DNA from: Deltaproteobacteria bacterium
GTDB lineage: Bacteria > Myxococcota_A > Polyangia > Polyangiales > Houyiibacteriaceae
Assembly (NCBI GenBank): GCA_041821485.1
Contig: JBGUEF010000003.1
Span: forward strand, 1-36,485
Length of the DNA stretch: 36,485 nucleotides
Direction: 5' to 3'
Below are positions 9,427 to 18,771 of the stretch, piece after piece (position 1 is the stretch's first letter; each line of letters begins with the position of its first letter). Position numbers and translations under genes: made by a program. The notes under the pieces were generated by a model. The model did no database searches. It saw only the letters and a list, made by a program, of their open reading frames with translations, and was not told the origin of the DNA.

Positions 9427-9446
9427 AAGATCATCGAAGATCATCG
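9427..9446. repeat. Perfect 10-bp tandem direct repeat (AAGATCATCG x2) upstream of the PP2C gene
   Basis: Read directly: aagatcatcg aagatcatcg, 20 bp upstream of the minus-strand start at 9406. Confidence 0.7.
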
Positions 9447-9537
9447 CAAAGGATGGGACCATCTATTGGCCTTCGACCCCATTGAGAGCAACCCAAATCG
9501 TTAGAGACAGTCTATCGAATGGCGGAAGGGGAGCAAA

Positions 9538-11652
9538 TCAGGGCTTAACGAAGGCGGGCAGCACTGGCCAGCCAGACTCAGGATCGTCCAAATACGAGTA
9601 TCGTGCGTAGTGCGTGGTTACACGCCGCACGTAGTTGCGCGTCTCGTTGAATGGGATCCGCTCGACGAAGCGATCGAGCTCCATCCTCTTGCTCTCTTTG
9701 AGCCAACGTTTCACTCGACTCTTGCCCGCATTGTAGGCGGCGATGCTCAACGGGTAGACGTCATCGAACTCCTCGGCGAGAGCGGTCATTTCTTCGAGCC
9801 CGAGCGCGATGTTGGTTACGGGAACGCGGAGCATGTACCGAGTGACGGGTTTGCCCGCGAGCTTTGTCGCAATCTCAGGCATCAGCTGCATCAAACCAAC
9901 CGCTCCGGCCCTACTGATTACGTCCGGACGAAAGCCACTCTCCTGACGCATGGTCGCGTAGACCAACGCACGCGGGAGATCACCGCGGTGCTCGTCGACA
10001 ATCGAACGCCAGGGCATCGGATAAACAGCATCCCACCACCAGCGGTGTTTGGAGGGGTCACTATGAAGATAGATCATGCGCCGGCGTGCGATGAGGAGCG
10101 CGTCGCGATAGGCGCCGGCATCACGGTAGAGCTGGGTGAGAAGCGGAATGCGTTGTGCGCTGGGATGCTCCGCAACGAGGGCGTTCTCGTGAGCGTTGAG
10201 CCAGGCAATGCCATCGAGATCGAGGCCTAGGTGCCGGTAGACCTCGAAGGTATCCGGCAAGGGGAGATCACCATCCGGAACCTCGACGGAGCTTGGCGTG
10301 CCCGCGTTCTCAAATGGATGCGGCGGCGTCACTTTGAGCCGCTTCAGCCGGCCAGCAGCCAAAACAGCGTACCAATGAAGCGGTTCGACCCCGATGGCCT
10401 TGCGATAGGCGTCGACCGCTTTCGGTCCCCGCCGATAGGCGCGTCCCAGCCAATAGAAGCCGCGGGCCGCGTCCATGGAGGTGCCGACCAAGCTGGTGTA
10501 CTGAGACAGGTAGTGGGCCGCCCGCGAGTACCGGCGGGTCTCGAAGGCACGAAAGCCAAGCTCCCAGACCGCCGACCGGCGCCATCGACCTCGCACTTGG
10601 GACTTCCCCCGCACGAGCCGCTCCATTTGTTTTTCGCCGTTCGCACGGCCTAGCCGGATCTCCAGCCATGCCGCGAGGAACCGTGCCTCCGGCGCGTGTT
10701 TGTCCCGCGGGTAGCGTTGGGCGAACCGTCTGTATGCGCGGATCGCTCGCCCATCTTGATCAGCGCGCGACAGCGCGCGGGCCGAGTGGAACGCATCTTC
10801 GATCTCGTGCTCGCCGCCGAGCAACGCCGACTGGTGAAGGACGCGGGCCGCATCGAGGTACCGGGTGCGCATTCGAAAAAGAGCCATGCCGTAGACGTGA
10901 CGCCAGCGGGCCGCGAGAGCGGGGTCGTCTCCGAGGTCGATCGCCTCCAGCTCTTCTACGGCATTGGCAAATCGGCGTGCGTCCATCAACTCTTCGGCCC
11001 GCGAAACCCGATCCGAAGCGCTCGGCGATGCTCGCTCTTGCAGCTTCCGGGCGGCGTCTTGTTGCCCTGGCTGGACGGCAGACTTCCACGCCTCGAGTGC
11101 GGCTTCCCTCGCATCGTCCGGGCGCTCGAGCTCCACGTAGACATCCGACAAGATCGCGAGCAGCGCGACGCGATTGGCCACATCGTGTTTTCGGCGCGTG
11201 AGCCTGGCGAGCTCCTCCGCGGCGATCTCGAGCTCACCGAGCTGAATCGCGCAATCGGCCGCGATCGCGCGATCACGCCGGGTCACCGCGATCTCACTCG
11301 ACGCGATGCCCAACAGCACCGGCCGCGCCTCCGCGCAGTGTCCGCATTGCGCCGCGGCGGTCGCCCATCGGCGTATCGAATCATGGCGCATCGACTCCGG
11401 GAGCGTCGCGGGGATACGCGCGAGCTTTTCCATCGCGTCGCAAGATCGGCCGACCGCGAGAAGCAGTCGACCCTCGAGGTAGCGAAAGGCATCCGAGCCG
11501 CGATCATTTTCCGAGAGCAGCTCAATCGCCTCGAGCGCACCTGCCTCGTCTCCAGTTCGGACCAGAGATGCAATACGATCGAGCCCCTCCTCGGCCAGCG
11601 CCCCAGCGCCGACGAGCAATACGAACCCCGCCCCGAACCAAAAACCTCGCAA
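9538..11652 (-). CDS. Soluble lytic murein transglycosylase (Slt70-like, TPR-like superhelix plus SLT domain)
   Basis: N-terminal signal peptide and TPR-like helical repeats. C-terminal SLT motifs MRQES (catalytic Glu), GAVGLMQLMP, AYNAG, IPFNETRNYV. Confidence 0.92.
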   Translation of the reverse strand: MRGFWFGAGFVLLVGAGALAEEGLDRIASLVRTGDEAGALEAIELLSENDRGSDAFRYLEGRLLLAVGRSCDAMEKLARIPATLPESMRHDSIRRWATAAAQCGHCAEARPVLLGIASSEIAVTRRDRAIAADCAIQLGELEIAAEELARLTRRKHDVANRVALLAILSDVYVELERPDDAREAALEAWKSAVQPGQQDAARKLQERASPSASDRVSRAEELMDARRFANAVEELEAIDLGDDPALAARWRHVYGMALFRMRTRYLDAARVLHQSALLGGEHEIEDAFHSARALSRADQDGRAIRAYRRFAQRYPRDKHAPEARFLAAWLEIRLGRANGEKQMERLVRGKSQVRGRWRRSAVWELGFRAFETRRYSRAAHYLSQYTSLVGTSMDAARGFYWLGRAYRRGPKAVDAYRKAIGVEPLHWYAVLAAGRLKRLKVTPPHPFENAGTPSSVEVPDGDLPLPDTFEVYRHLGLDLDGIAWLNAHENALVAEHPSAQRIPLLTQLYRDAGAYRDALLIARRRMIYLHSDPSKHRWWWDAVYPMPWRSIVDEHRGDLPRALVYATMRQESGFRPDVISRAGAVGLMQLMPEIATKLAGKPVTRYMLRVPVTNIALGLEEMTALAEEFDDVYPLSIAAYNAGKSRVKRWLKESKRMELDRFVERIPFNETRNYVRRVTTHYARYSYLDDPESGWPVLPAFVKP

Positions 11653-11736
11653 TACGGAGGGAATCTAACACTCATTGGCCTGCGCGCAGAGCGATTGGCG
11701 ATCGTTCGATGTCTCCCGTATGCTCCGCCGCTGACG

Positions 11737-12210
11737 ATGGGACGTGCGATTATCTTATTGCTTGCCGGTCTTGCCGGTCTTGTTGGGGCGGGGTGCAAAA
11801 AGCATATTGGAGACAGCTGCGCCAACTCCACCGACTGCTCGGTCACCGGAGAGCGCCAATGCGACCTGGCCCAGCCGGGCGGGTATTGCACCGTGTTTTC
11901 GTGCGACCCGGACACCTGTCCCGAGGGAGCATGCGTCGAGTGGCGTTTCATCCCGAGCCGCACGGCAGAAACCTGGTGCATGAAAACCTGCGACAACACG
12001 GGAAATTGCCGCTTTGATTATGCCTGTGTCCTGCCGGCTCAAATCACGATGAACGGGGAGTTCGACCCGAATCTGCCGGCGGACGAACGGGTCGCGCGCA
12101 TCGTCGACCTCGATTCCGACAAAGCCGAGGCCAAGATCTGCGTGGCTCTTTCTCCGGGGAGCCCTCAGCCGGAGTCGCTGACGCAGACGGAGCTCGACGG
12201 GGGTCTGTAG
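11737..12210 (+). CDS. Cysteine-rich lipoprotein
   Basis: True start inside ORF 10696-12210: MGRAIILLLAGLAGLVGAG-C lipoprotein signal, then 12 further Cys (e.g. IGDSC, GGYCT, CMKTC). Confidence 0.85.
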   Translation: MGRAIILLLAGLAGLVGAGCKKHIGDSCANSTDCSVTGERQCDLAQPGGYCTVFSCDPDTCPEGACVEWRFIPSRTAETWCMKTCDNTGNCRFDYACVLPAQITMNGEFDPNLPADERVARIVDLDSDKAEAKICVALSPGSPQPESLTQTELDGGL

Positions 12211-12255
12211 CCCCATCCGGCAGGGAAACCGACGCCGAAATGAATCGAGCGTATT

Positions 12256-13209
12256 ATGGTCCGGATGATGTCTCCGGGCCTCTTGCGGTATTTGGCAGGC
12301 CGTCTCGTGCGGGCACTGCTGACCGTCGTCGGTCTGGTGACGATCGTGTTCTTGCTGGTGCGGCTGATCCCGGGCGACCCGGTGGAGGCGATCCTCGGAG
12401 ACCAAGCGGGCCCCGAAGAAAAGGCTGAGCTTCGTCGCGCGCTCAACCTCGACCGCCCTGTCGGAGAGCAGTACCTGTCGTTCCTCGGTGACATGGCCGA
12501 CGGCAGCATGGGCACATCATTCCGGCGGCCCGATCGATCGGTGTGGTCGATGATGCGCGACGTATTGCCGTACACGATTGTGCTCGCCCTCGCGGCGTTG
12601 CTCGTGGCGTGGTTCGTGGCGATCCCGCTTGGCGCGATCGCCGCGGCCAACGCAGGCAGGGGTTGGGACAAGATCGCATCGACCGTGGCCGTGGCAGGCT
12701 TGGCAATCCCCAACATCTGGCTTGGCCCCCTGCTCATTCTCGCGTTCGGCGTGAAGCTTGGTTGGCTTCCCTTACCGGGTGACGACCTGGCGGGGCCAGA
12801 GGCGTTGATCCTCCCGGCGATCACGATTGGAACCGCGCTCGCGGCCGTGCTGACCCGGCAGACTCGGGCAGCGATGATCGAGGTGCTCGCCCAGCAATAC
12901 ATCGTCGCCGCACGCGCCCGCGGCGTTCCGACGGTCCCGCTGCTGCTCCGGCATGCGCTTCGAAACGCCCTGCTCCCGGTCATGACCATCGGCGCGGCTC
13001 AGCTGGGCGCACTGCTCTCCGGCACGGTGGTCACGGAGAAGATTTTCGAACGGCAGGGGCTCGGGACCCTCTTCCTCGACGCGTTCTTCGCTCGCGATAT
13101 CCCGGTGGTTCAGGGCTGCGTGCTCGTCATCGCAGTGATCTACGTCGCCGTGAACCTCGCCGTAGACTTGGCGTACGGGGTCGTCGATCCCCGGGTGAGG
13201 CTGTCGTGA
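12256..13209 (+). CDS. Peptide/nickel ABC transporter permease (DppB/OppB family)
   Basis: LIPGDP, L.LDRP..EQY, EAA loop AARARG, HALRNALLP, TEKIF...GLG, DLAYGVVDPR. Confidence 0.93.
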   Translation: MVRMMSPGLLRYLAGRLVRALLTVVGLVTIVFLLVRLIPGDPVEAILGDQAGPEEKAELRRALNLDRPVGEQYLSFLGDMADGSMGTSFRRPDRSVWSMMRDVLPYTIVLALAALLVAWFVAIPLGAIAAANAGRGWDKIASTVAVAGLAIPNIWLGPLLILAFGVKLGWLPLPGDDLAGPEALILPAITIGTALAAVLTRQTRAAMIEVLAQQYIVAARARGVPTVPLLLRHALRNALLPVMTIGAAQLGALLSGTVVTEKIFERQGLGTLFLDAFFARDIPVVQGCVLVIAVIYVAVNLAVDLAYGVVDPRVRLS

Positions 13210-14024
13210 AGAAGGTCCGTGCTCGCCTTCGGAGGACGCCGGTCGGCGTGGCGATCGTGGCGGTGTTCTTCGTGCTGGGGCTCATCGGTCCATGGATCGC
13301 GCCGTACGACCCGCTCGCGATCGACCTTCTGCACGAATACGAGTCTCCATCGTGGACGCACCTTCTCGGCACAGGAGACAACGGGATCGACATCTTGAGC
13401 GCACTGCTCCACGGCGCGCGACTCGCCGCGATCGTCGGACTCGTCGTCGTTGGGGTGTCTGTCGTGTTGGGCACCTTGCTCGGGACCTGGGCCGGTTACG
13501 CCGGACGGTTCGCCGACCACATCATCACAGGGGTCGCCGACTTGGTGCAGGCCTTCCCTGCTATCGTGCTGAACATCGCGGTCCTGGCCCTGGTCGCCCG
13601 GCCGGGCCTCATGCATTTGATCGTGGCGCTCGCCGTCAACGGATGGGTCCTGTACGCACGCCTGGCCCGCGCCGAGACGCTGTCCTTGAGGGAGCGCGAA
13701 TTCGTCGAGGCTGCGCGCGCACTCGGCGTACCGACACACGAGGTCCTACGCCGCCACGTGATTCCCAACCTGCTCGGTCCTCTCGTCATTCAGGCAACCA
13801 CAGGATTAGGGGTCGTGATCCTGGCGGAATCGACTCTTTCATTCCTCGGCCTCGGGCCCGGTAAGGCCGTATCCTGGGGCGCACTCCTCGATCAGGGCAC
13901 CAGCGTGCTGCTGCGTTTCCCGCATGTGGCGCTCTTCTCGGGCGGCGCGATCGCGCTGACCGTGCTGGGCTTCAATCTCACCGGCGACTGGTTGCGAGAC
14001 CGGCTCGACCCTCGCCTTCGATAG
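13206..14024 (+). CDS. Peptide/nickel ABC transporter permease (DppC/OppC family)
   Basis: HLLGTGDNGIDI, EFVEAARALG, RHVIPN, LSFLGLG, GDWLRDRLDPR. GTGA overlap with the upstream permease. Confidence 0.93.
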   Translation: MKKVRARLRRTPVGVAIVAVFFVLGLIGPWIAPYDPLAIDLLHEYESPSWTHLLGTGDNGIDILSALLHGARLAAIVGLVVVGVSVVLGTLLGTWAGYAGRFADHIITGVADLVQAFPAIVLNIAVLALVARPGLMHLIVALAVNGWVLYARLARAETLSLREREFVEAARALGVPTHEVLRRHVIPNLLGPLVIQATTGLGVVILAESTLSFLGLGPGKAVSWGALLDQGTSVLLRFPHVALFSGGAIALTVLGFNLTGDWLRDRLDPRLR

Positions 14025-14026
14025 CC

Positions 14027-14926
14027 ATGCCCGAGCTCCCGGACATCGAGCTCTATCGACATGCGCTCCGTTCGAACGTCGTCGATCGTGTGCTCGAGCG
14101 CGTTCGCCTGGCGTCGCCGTTCGTCCTCAGGAGCGTGGACCCATCGATCGATGCCGTGGAGGGGAAACGAGTGCTGGACGTGCGCCGGCTGGGCAAGCGG
14201 CTCGTGTTCGTCCTCGAAGAAGACCTGTACCTCGTGTTGCATCTGATGATCGCCGGCCGTCTTCGTTGGAAGACGCCAGGACACAAGATACCTGGCCGCA
14301 TGGGCCTGGGCGCATTCGACTTCGAGAATGGGACGTTACTGCTCACCGAGGCGAGCAAAAAGAAGCGCGCCTCTCTCCACGTGTGCCGCGGCGAAGAGGC
14401 ATTGGGTGAGCATGACCCTGGAGGAATCGAACCATTGGAGATCGACGAGGTCAGCTTTCGAGCCGCACTGGTCGAGCGGAACCATACGGTGAAGCGCGCG
14501 CTCACGGACCCGCGGATCTTCAGCGGTATCGGGAACGCATACTCTGACGAGATCCTTCACCGAGCCAAGCTCTCCCCGTTGATCTGGACGCAACGGCTGA
14601 CGGAGGAACAGATTCAGCGCCTGCACGCCGCGACGCAGGAGGTGCTGTCGGAATGGGTGACGCGCTTGCTTGCACAACAGGGCGATGATTTTCCTGAAAA
14701 GGTTACGGCGTTTCGCCCGGAAATGGCGGCTCACGGAAAGTACGGCGAGCCATGCCCGGCGTGTGGCGATCCCATCCAACGCATCGTCTTCGCAGATCGT
14801 GAAACCAACTATTGTGCGACCTGCCAAACCGGTGGAAAGCTTCTTGCTGATCGCGCCCTTTCGAGGCTGCTCAAGGGGGACTGGCCACGATCTCTCGAAG
14901 AGCTCGAATCCCTGCGCCGTGATTAG
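14027..14926 (+). CDS. Fpg/Nei family DNA glycosylase/AP lyase
   Basis: N-terminal PELP, RRLGK, HLMIAG, H2TH SGIGNAYSDEILH, zinc finger CPAC...YCATCQ, tail TGGKLLADRALSRLLK. Confidence 0.93.
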   Translation: MPELPDIELYRHALRSNVVDRVLERVRLASPFVLRSVDPSIDAVEGKRVLDVRRLGKRLVFVLEEDLYLVLHLMIAGRLRWKTPGHKIPGRMGLGAFDFENGTLLLTEASKKKRASLHVCRGEEALGEHDPGGIEPLEIDEVSFRAALVERNHTVKRALTDPRIFSGIGNAYSDEILHRAKLSPLIWTQRLTEEQIQRLHAATQEVLSEWVTRLLAQQGDDFPEKVTAFRPEMAAHGKYGEPCPACGDPIQRIVFADRETNYCATCQTGGKLLADRALSRLLKGDWPRSLEELESLRRD

Positions 14927-14999
14927 CTGCCTTGTAGGGCGCTTCGGGCGCACTAGAAATGTGCTTGTACCGGTTTTGACGGTACGTTGCGTCTGACAC

Positions 15000-17651
15000 A
15001 TGCGTTTTTCCATTCGCCGAGAGGATCGCAGGAACCTCGCCGTGGGCTTCGTCGGCTTGCTGGCGATCATGACGGCCCATTCGGTCATGGAGACCGCAAG
15101 GGACACGCTGTTCCTGACGAGTCTGCCGGCCACAGATCTGCCGCACGCGTATCTCGCAATCGCTCTGCTCGCGATCCTCGAGCTCAAGGTCCACGAACGG
15201 GTCCTTCGTCACGTGCCTGACCGCCGGACGCTGTTGGCAGCATCGTTGGTCTTTGGCTCACTCGTGACCCTGGGTTTTTGGGCGTTGCTCGACGAGATGG
15301 GCGCGTGGGCACCGTTCGGCTTCTATGTGTGGACTGGGCTGCTGATCACCGTGGTGCTGATCGAGTTCTGGCTGTTGTTGGATGACGCAGTGACCGTAAC
15401 CCAGGCGAAGCGCATCTTTCCCGCCATCGCGGCGGGCGGGGTGACGGGCGCTACCTTGGGTTCGTTGCTCTCGGAGGGCTTGCTGCGAGTGGCCTCCCCG
15501 AGCGCGCTCGTGTTCGCGGCCACGGTGATTCTGGCGCTGGCTTCGGCAACGCCGTTTCTCTGGAAGACCCGAAGCGTGGGGGCAACGGAGCCGGCTTCGG
15601 CTGAGCCCAGGCGTCCGCTCGGCTGGCTTCTCCGGGACAGCTATCTGTCCCGCGTTTTGACACTGGTCTTGATGGGAACGATCGCGCTCACGGTCGTGGA
15701 CTTCGTCTTCAAGAGCACTGTCGCAGACCAAATCCCTTCGGAGGCGTTGGGTCCGTTTTTCGCGCGCTTCTACCTCGGCCTGAACACCGTCGCCTTGCTC
15801 GTTCAAGTGGTCGGTGCGGGCTGGCTCCTACGCGCGTTCGGCGCGCACCGGACTTCTGCACTCCTGCCAGTCTTGGTTTTCGGCGGCTCCATCGGCCTCG
15901 CAGTGGGGCCGGTCCTGCCATTTGCCGTGGCGCTCAAAGCGGTCGACGGAAGCCTTCGCCACACGCTCTATCGTAGTGCGGTCGAGGTGCTCTACCTGCC
16001 GCTCGACAGCAGGCGACGAGAGCGGGCCAAGGGTCTCATCGAGGTGTTTGGGCACCGTGTCGGGCAGGCGGTTGCGTCGTTGCTGATCATCGCGGCGGTC
16101 GGTGTGGGCCTGACAACGCAGCAACTGGGTGTGGTCTTGCTGTTCCTGGTCGTTGCCTGGGTCGTGGCGATCATGTCGACACGGCGCCAGTATGTGGATC
16201 AGTTTCGCGCCCGACTCCGGCAGGGCGTGATCGACACCCAGCTCGAGCTCGAGGAGCTGGATCGCCACTCGCTCGACGTCCTGCTCAATGCATTGAACAG
16301 CGACCAAGACGCGGAAGTCATCGCTGCGATTGATATCTTCGATCGGCACGGGAGAGCCGACCTGATCCCCGTCCTAGTCCTCTATCATCCGTCGACCGGT
16401 GTCCGCACCCGAGCCTTAGAGGCCTTTGCGGAGGCCACGGATCACCGCTTCATTCCTGTCGCGCGCCGCATGCTCTCCGACGACGACCCAGACGTCCGCG
16501 CGGCCGCGCTCCGAGCATTGACGGCGGTCGTGCCGAGCCGGGAGCTGCTCGAAGAAAAGCTCGACCTCGAGGCCTCGATCGTCCGGGCCACGGCGTTGGT
16601 CGGTCTCCTTTCGTTGAACCACGAGACCGGCAATGGCGGTGCCTTGTCGATCTCGAAGCTAGACGAGTGGACCGGCTCCGACAATCCGCAAACCCAGTCA
16701 TCGCTCGCACGCGCGATTCGGCACGAGGGCGGGGCCGTCTTTCACGAAACTTTGATCAAGCTCATCGCGAGTGACGACGCGTCAGTGCGCCTCGAAACCT
16801 TGCGAGCGATGGAGGGGAGCCCGGATGCGCGCTACTTGCCGCACCTGCTCCCGCTCTTAGGAAGCTCCGATCTGCGCGCTACGGCGCGCAAGGCCGTAGT
16901 GGCCATTGGAACTGAGGCTCTGGTCGCTCTCGACGAGGCGCTCGCGGACCCGTCGACGCCCCGGAAGGTGCGCCGGCGCATTCCTCACACGATCATCTTG
17001 TTCGAGTCGCAGGAAGCTGCCGACATTCTGCTTCAACATTTGGAACGGGAGCGCGAGGGTGGCGTGCGCTTGAAGATCTTGCGGGCACTCGGTCGCCTGC
17101 AGGCCAGTCAGCCATCGATGATCCTCGACGACGCGCTCTTACAGGAACAGCTCCGGGAAAGCCTGTTGCGCGTCGTCCAGCTTCTTCAATGGCGCGCTGC
17201 CATCGAAAGCAACGGCACGTCTGACACGCCGGATGCCGAGCTCCTGCGTATAGCGCTCCAGGACAAAGAGCGAGCAGCGCTCGAGCGCGCCTTTGGGCTG
17301 ATGGGTCTCAGGCATCCCCAAGAAAACTTCACCTTGGTTTGGCGGGGTGTGACGAGTGACAACACACGGCTACAAGCCGCGGGTCACGAGGTGTTGGAAG
17401 CAACATTGCCCGGATCGTTCCGTGAAGCGGTGCTGGCAATCATCGATGACGGAGAACCCGCGGCACGGCGTGCACGTGCGGCGGCGGCAGCGCTCGGCGC
17501 AAACGTGCGCCAGATGTCTCACGAAGAAGCGGTCGAGCAAATGATGCAGGACCGAAGCGAAGTCGTGCGTGGGATCGCGGCTCACCACACGGCGGAGCTC
17601 GGCCGGGGGCCGACCCGGGGCACGGCCCAGGAGGTGCAGAGTCGTGCCTGA
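15000..17651 (+). CDS. NTT/TLC (Npt1/Npt2-like) MFS transporter fused to HEAT repeats
   Basis: About 12 TM N-terminal domain with ETARDTLFL, FW..LDDAVTVTQAKRIFP, RSAVEVLYLPL..R.RAK..IE. C-terminal HEAT repeats (DPDVRAAALRAL, DASVRLETLRAM). Confidence 0.85.
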   Translation: MRFSIRREDRRNLAVGFVGLLAIMTAHSVMETARDTLFLTSLPATDLPHAYLAIALLAILELKVHERVLRHVPDRRTLLAASLVFGSLVTLGFWALLDEMGAWAPFGFYVWTGLLITVVLIEFWLLLDDAVTVTQAKRIFPAIAAGGVTGATLGSLLSEGLLRVASPSALVFAATVILALASATPFLWKTRSVGATEPASAEPRRPLGWLLRDSYLSRVLTLVLMGTIALTVVDFVFKSTVADQIPSEALGPFFARFYLGLNTVALLVQVVGAGWLLRAFGAHRTSALLPVLVFGGSIGLAVGPVLPFAVALKAVDGSLRHTLYRSAVEVLYLPLDSRRRERAKGLIEVFGHRVGQAVASLLIIAAVGVGLTTQQLGVVLLFLVVAWVVAIMSTRRQYVDQFRARLRQGVIDTQLELEELDRHSLDVLLNALNSDQDAEVIAAIDIFDRHGRADLIPVLVLYHPSTGVRTRALEAFAEATDHRFIPVARRMLSDDDPDVRAAALRALTAVVPSRELLEEKLDLEASIVRATALVGLLSLNHETGNGGALSISKLDEWTGSDNPQTQSSLARAIRHEGGAVFHETLIKLIASDDASVRLETLRAMEGSPDARYLPHLLPLLGSSDLRATARKAVVAIGTEALVALDEALADPSTPRKVRRRIPHTIILFESQEAADILLQHLEREREGGVRLKILRALGRLQASQPSMILDDALLQEQLRESLLRVVQLLQWRAAIESNGTSDTPDAELLRIALQDKERAALERAFGLMGLRHPQENFTLVWRGVTSDNTRLQAAGHEVLEATLPGSFREAVLAIIDDGEPAARRARAAAAALGANVRQMSHEEAVEQMMQDRSEVVRGIAAHHTAELGRGPTRGTAQEVQSRA

Positions 17652-18579
17652 AAAAGCGCAAAAATCCACTCAAATGGATCGATTCCAGCGCTTTTTGTTC
17701 CTGCGAACGATGCCGGGGCTCGCCGAGGTGCCACCGGAAGTCTCGCAAGTCATCGCGGCGAACACGCGCGAGCGATCCTTTGCGAAGGGTGAATACCTCT
17801 ACCGAACCGGGGTCCCGGCGCTCGAGATTCAATACGTGGTGAGCGGCGAGTGCGAAATCATCCGCAACGGAAGATCGGTGCGGCGCCTGGGCCCGCGGAG
17901 CGTGGTCGGCGGGGTGAGCGCGCTCGCAGGTGAAGAGCTAGGTTACGACTGCGTCGCGCTCGAGGACATGATCACGCTCGCGATCGCCGTCGAGGATTCG
18001 CAAGAGATCTTCGAAGACCATTTCGTGCTGCTCAAGCGCGTGCTCCGAGGAACCAGCCGCGAGGTGCTCGAAACACGACGCCAGCTCGGAGAGAGCGCCG
18101 GCTTTGGTCCCGTGTCGGAACCGTTTGCTTTTCCCGATCGACCTTTCGATCTCGTCGGACGAATGGCATTCCTCAGAAAGACACTTTCGTTCGGCGACAG
18201 CGAAATCGACGCGATAGCCGACCTCGCCCGCGACGTTCAAGAAGTTCATCTTCCCAAAGGCGAAGTCCTCTGGAACATCGGCGATCGAAGCACGTACTTC
18301 CTGCTCCCACTCCGCGGCGTCGTGGACTGCCGGGCCACCGATCCGGATCAACACTTTCAGCTGGGCCCGAGTGACTCGGTAGGCGCTATCGACGCCATGG
18401 CCGACGAACGACGCTGGTTCCGAGCCGAAGTCGCCGAAGACCTAGTCGCCTTCCGCATCGATCAGGAGTTCCTACTCGAAGTCCTAGAAGACCACTTCGC
18501 CATGGCCATGTCCCTCCTAAAGAGCATAGCCGCCGGCATCCTCCACCTATACGACCAGGGACACTCTCCCCCCTCCTAA
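17644..18579 (+). CDS. Protein with two tandem cyclic-nucleotide-binding (CNB)-like domains and no HTH
   Basis: GTG 17644 after GGAGG (alternative ATG 17674). Two repeats: FAKGEYLYRTG...YVVSG...LGP..VVG and LPKGEVLWNIGD...LRG...LGP.DSVG. Confidence 0.85.
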   Translation: MPEKAQKSTQMDRFQRFLFLRTMPGLAEVPPEVSQVIAANTRERSFAKGEYLYRTGVPALEIQYVVSGECEIIRNGRSVRRLGPRSVVGGVSALAGEELGYDCVALEDMITLAIAVEDSQEIFEDHFVLLKRVLRGTSREVLETRRQLGESAGFGPVSEPFAFPDRPFDLVGRMAFLRKTLSFGDSEIDAIADLARDVQEVHLPKGEVLWNIGDRSTYFLLPLRGVVDCRATDPDQHFQLGPSDSVGAIDAMADERRWFRAEVAEDLVAFRIDQEFLLEVLEDHFAMAMSLLKSIAAGILHLYDQGHSPPS

Positions 18580-18733
18580 CCCCCTAGAATCGCTCCCTTC
18601 CCAGCGACAGATCGCAGCGCCTCATCTCGCTCACTCGAAGAGCTCGCCGCAGTTCCTTCCATGGCTTGCTGCTGGGATCTTTGTGTTAATTTCTCTTTGT
18701 TTTCAGTTAGTTAGGGGAGTGGAGAGTGTTCCC

Positions 18734-18761
18734 TTGTAACTGCTTGTTTGTTCAGTATATT
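18734..18761 (+). promoter_or_regulatory. Sigma70-type promoter with a putative LexA (SOS) box in the spacer
   Basis: TTGTAA (18734-39), 16-bp spacer CTGCTTGTTTGTTCAG (18740-55), TATATT (18756-61). Positions 18740-18756 match 14 of 17 positions of the recalled Myxococcus LexA consensus CTRHAMRYBYGTTCAGS. Directly upstream of imuA. Confidence 0.75.
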
Positions 18762-18771
18762 GGGTGGTTCC

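Noticed and set aside
10696-11736. N-terminal 347 codons of the 504-aa plus-strand ORF
   Set aside because: Antisense shadow of the lytic transglycosylase. The real gene begins at the lipoprotein signal at 11737.
11761-11781. 9-bp tandem repeat CTTGCCGGT x2 plus CTT
   Set aside because: In-frame LAG-LAG-L in a signal peptide; too short to suggest phase variation.
18599-18676. TCCCAGC...GCTGGGA inverted repeat as terminator or ncRNA
   Set aside because: Only a 7-bp stem with a loop over 60 nt and no recognisable RNA family.
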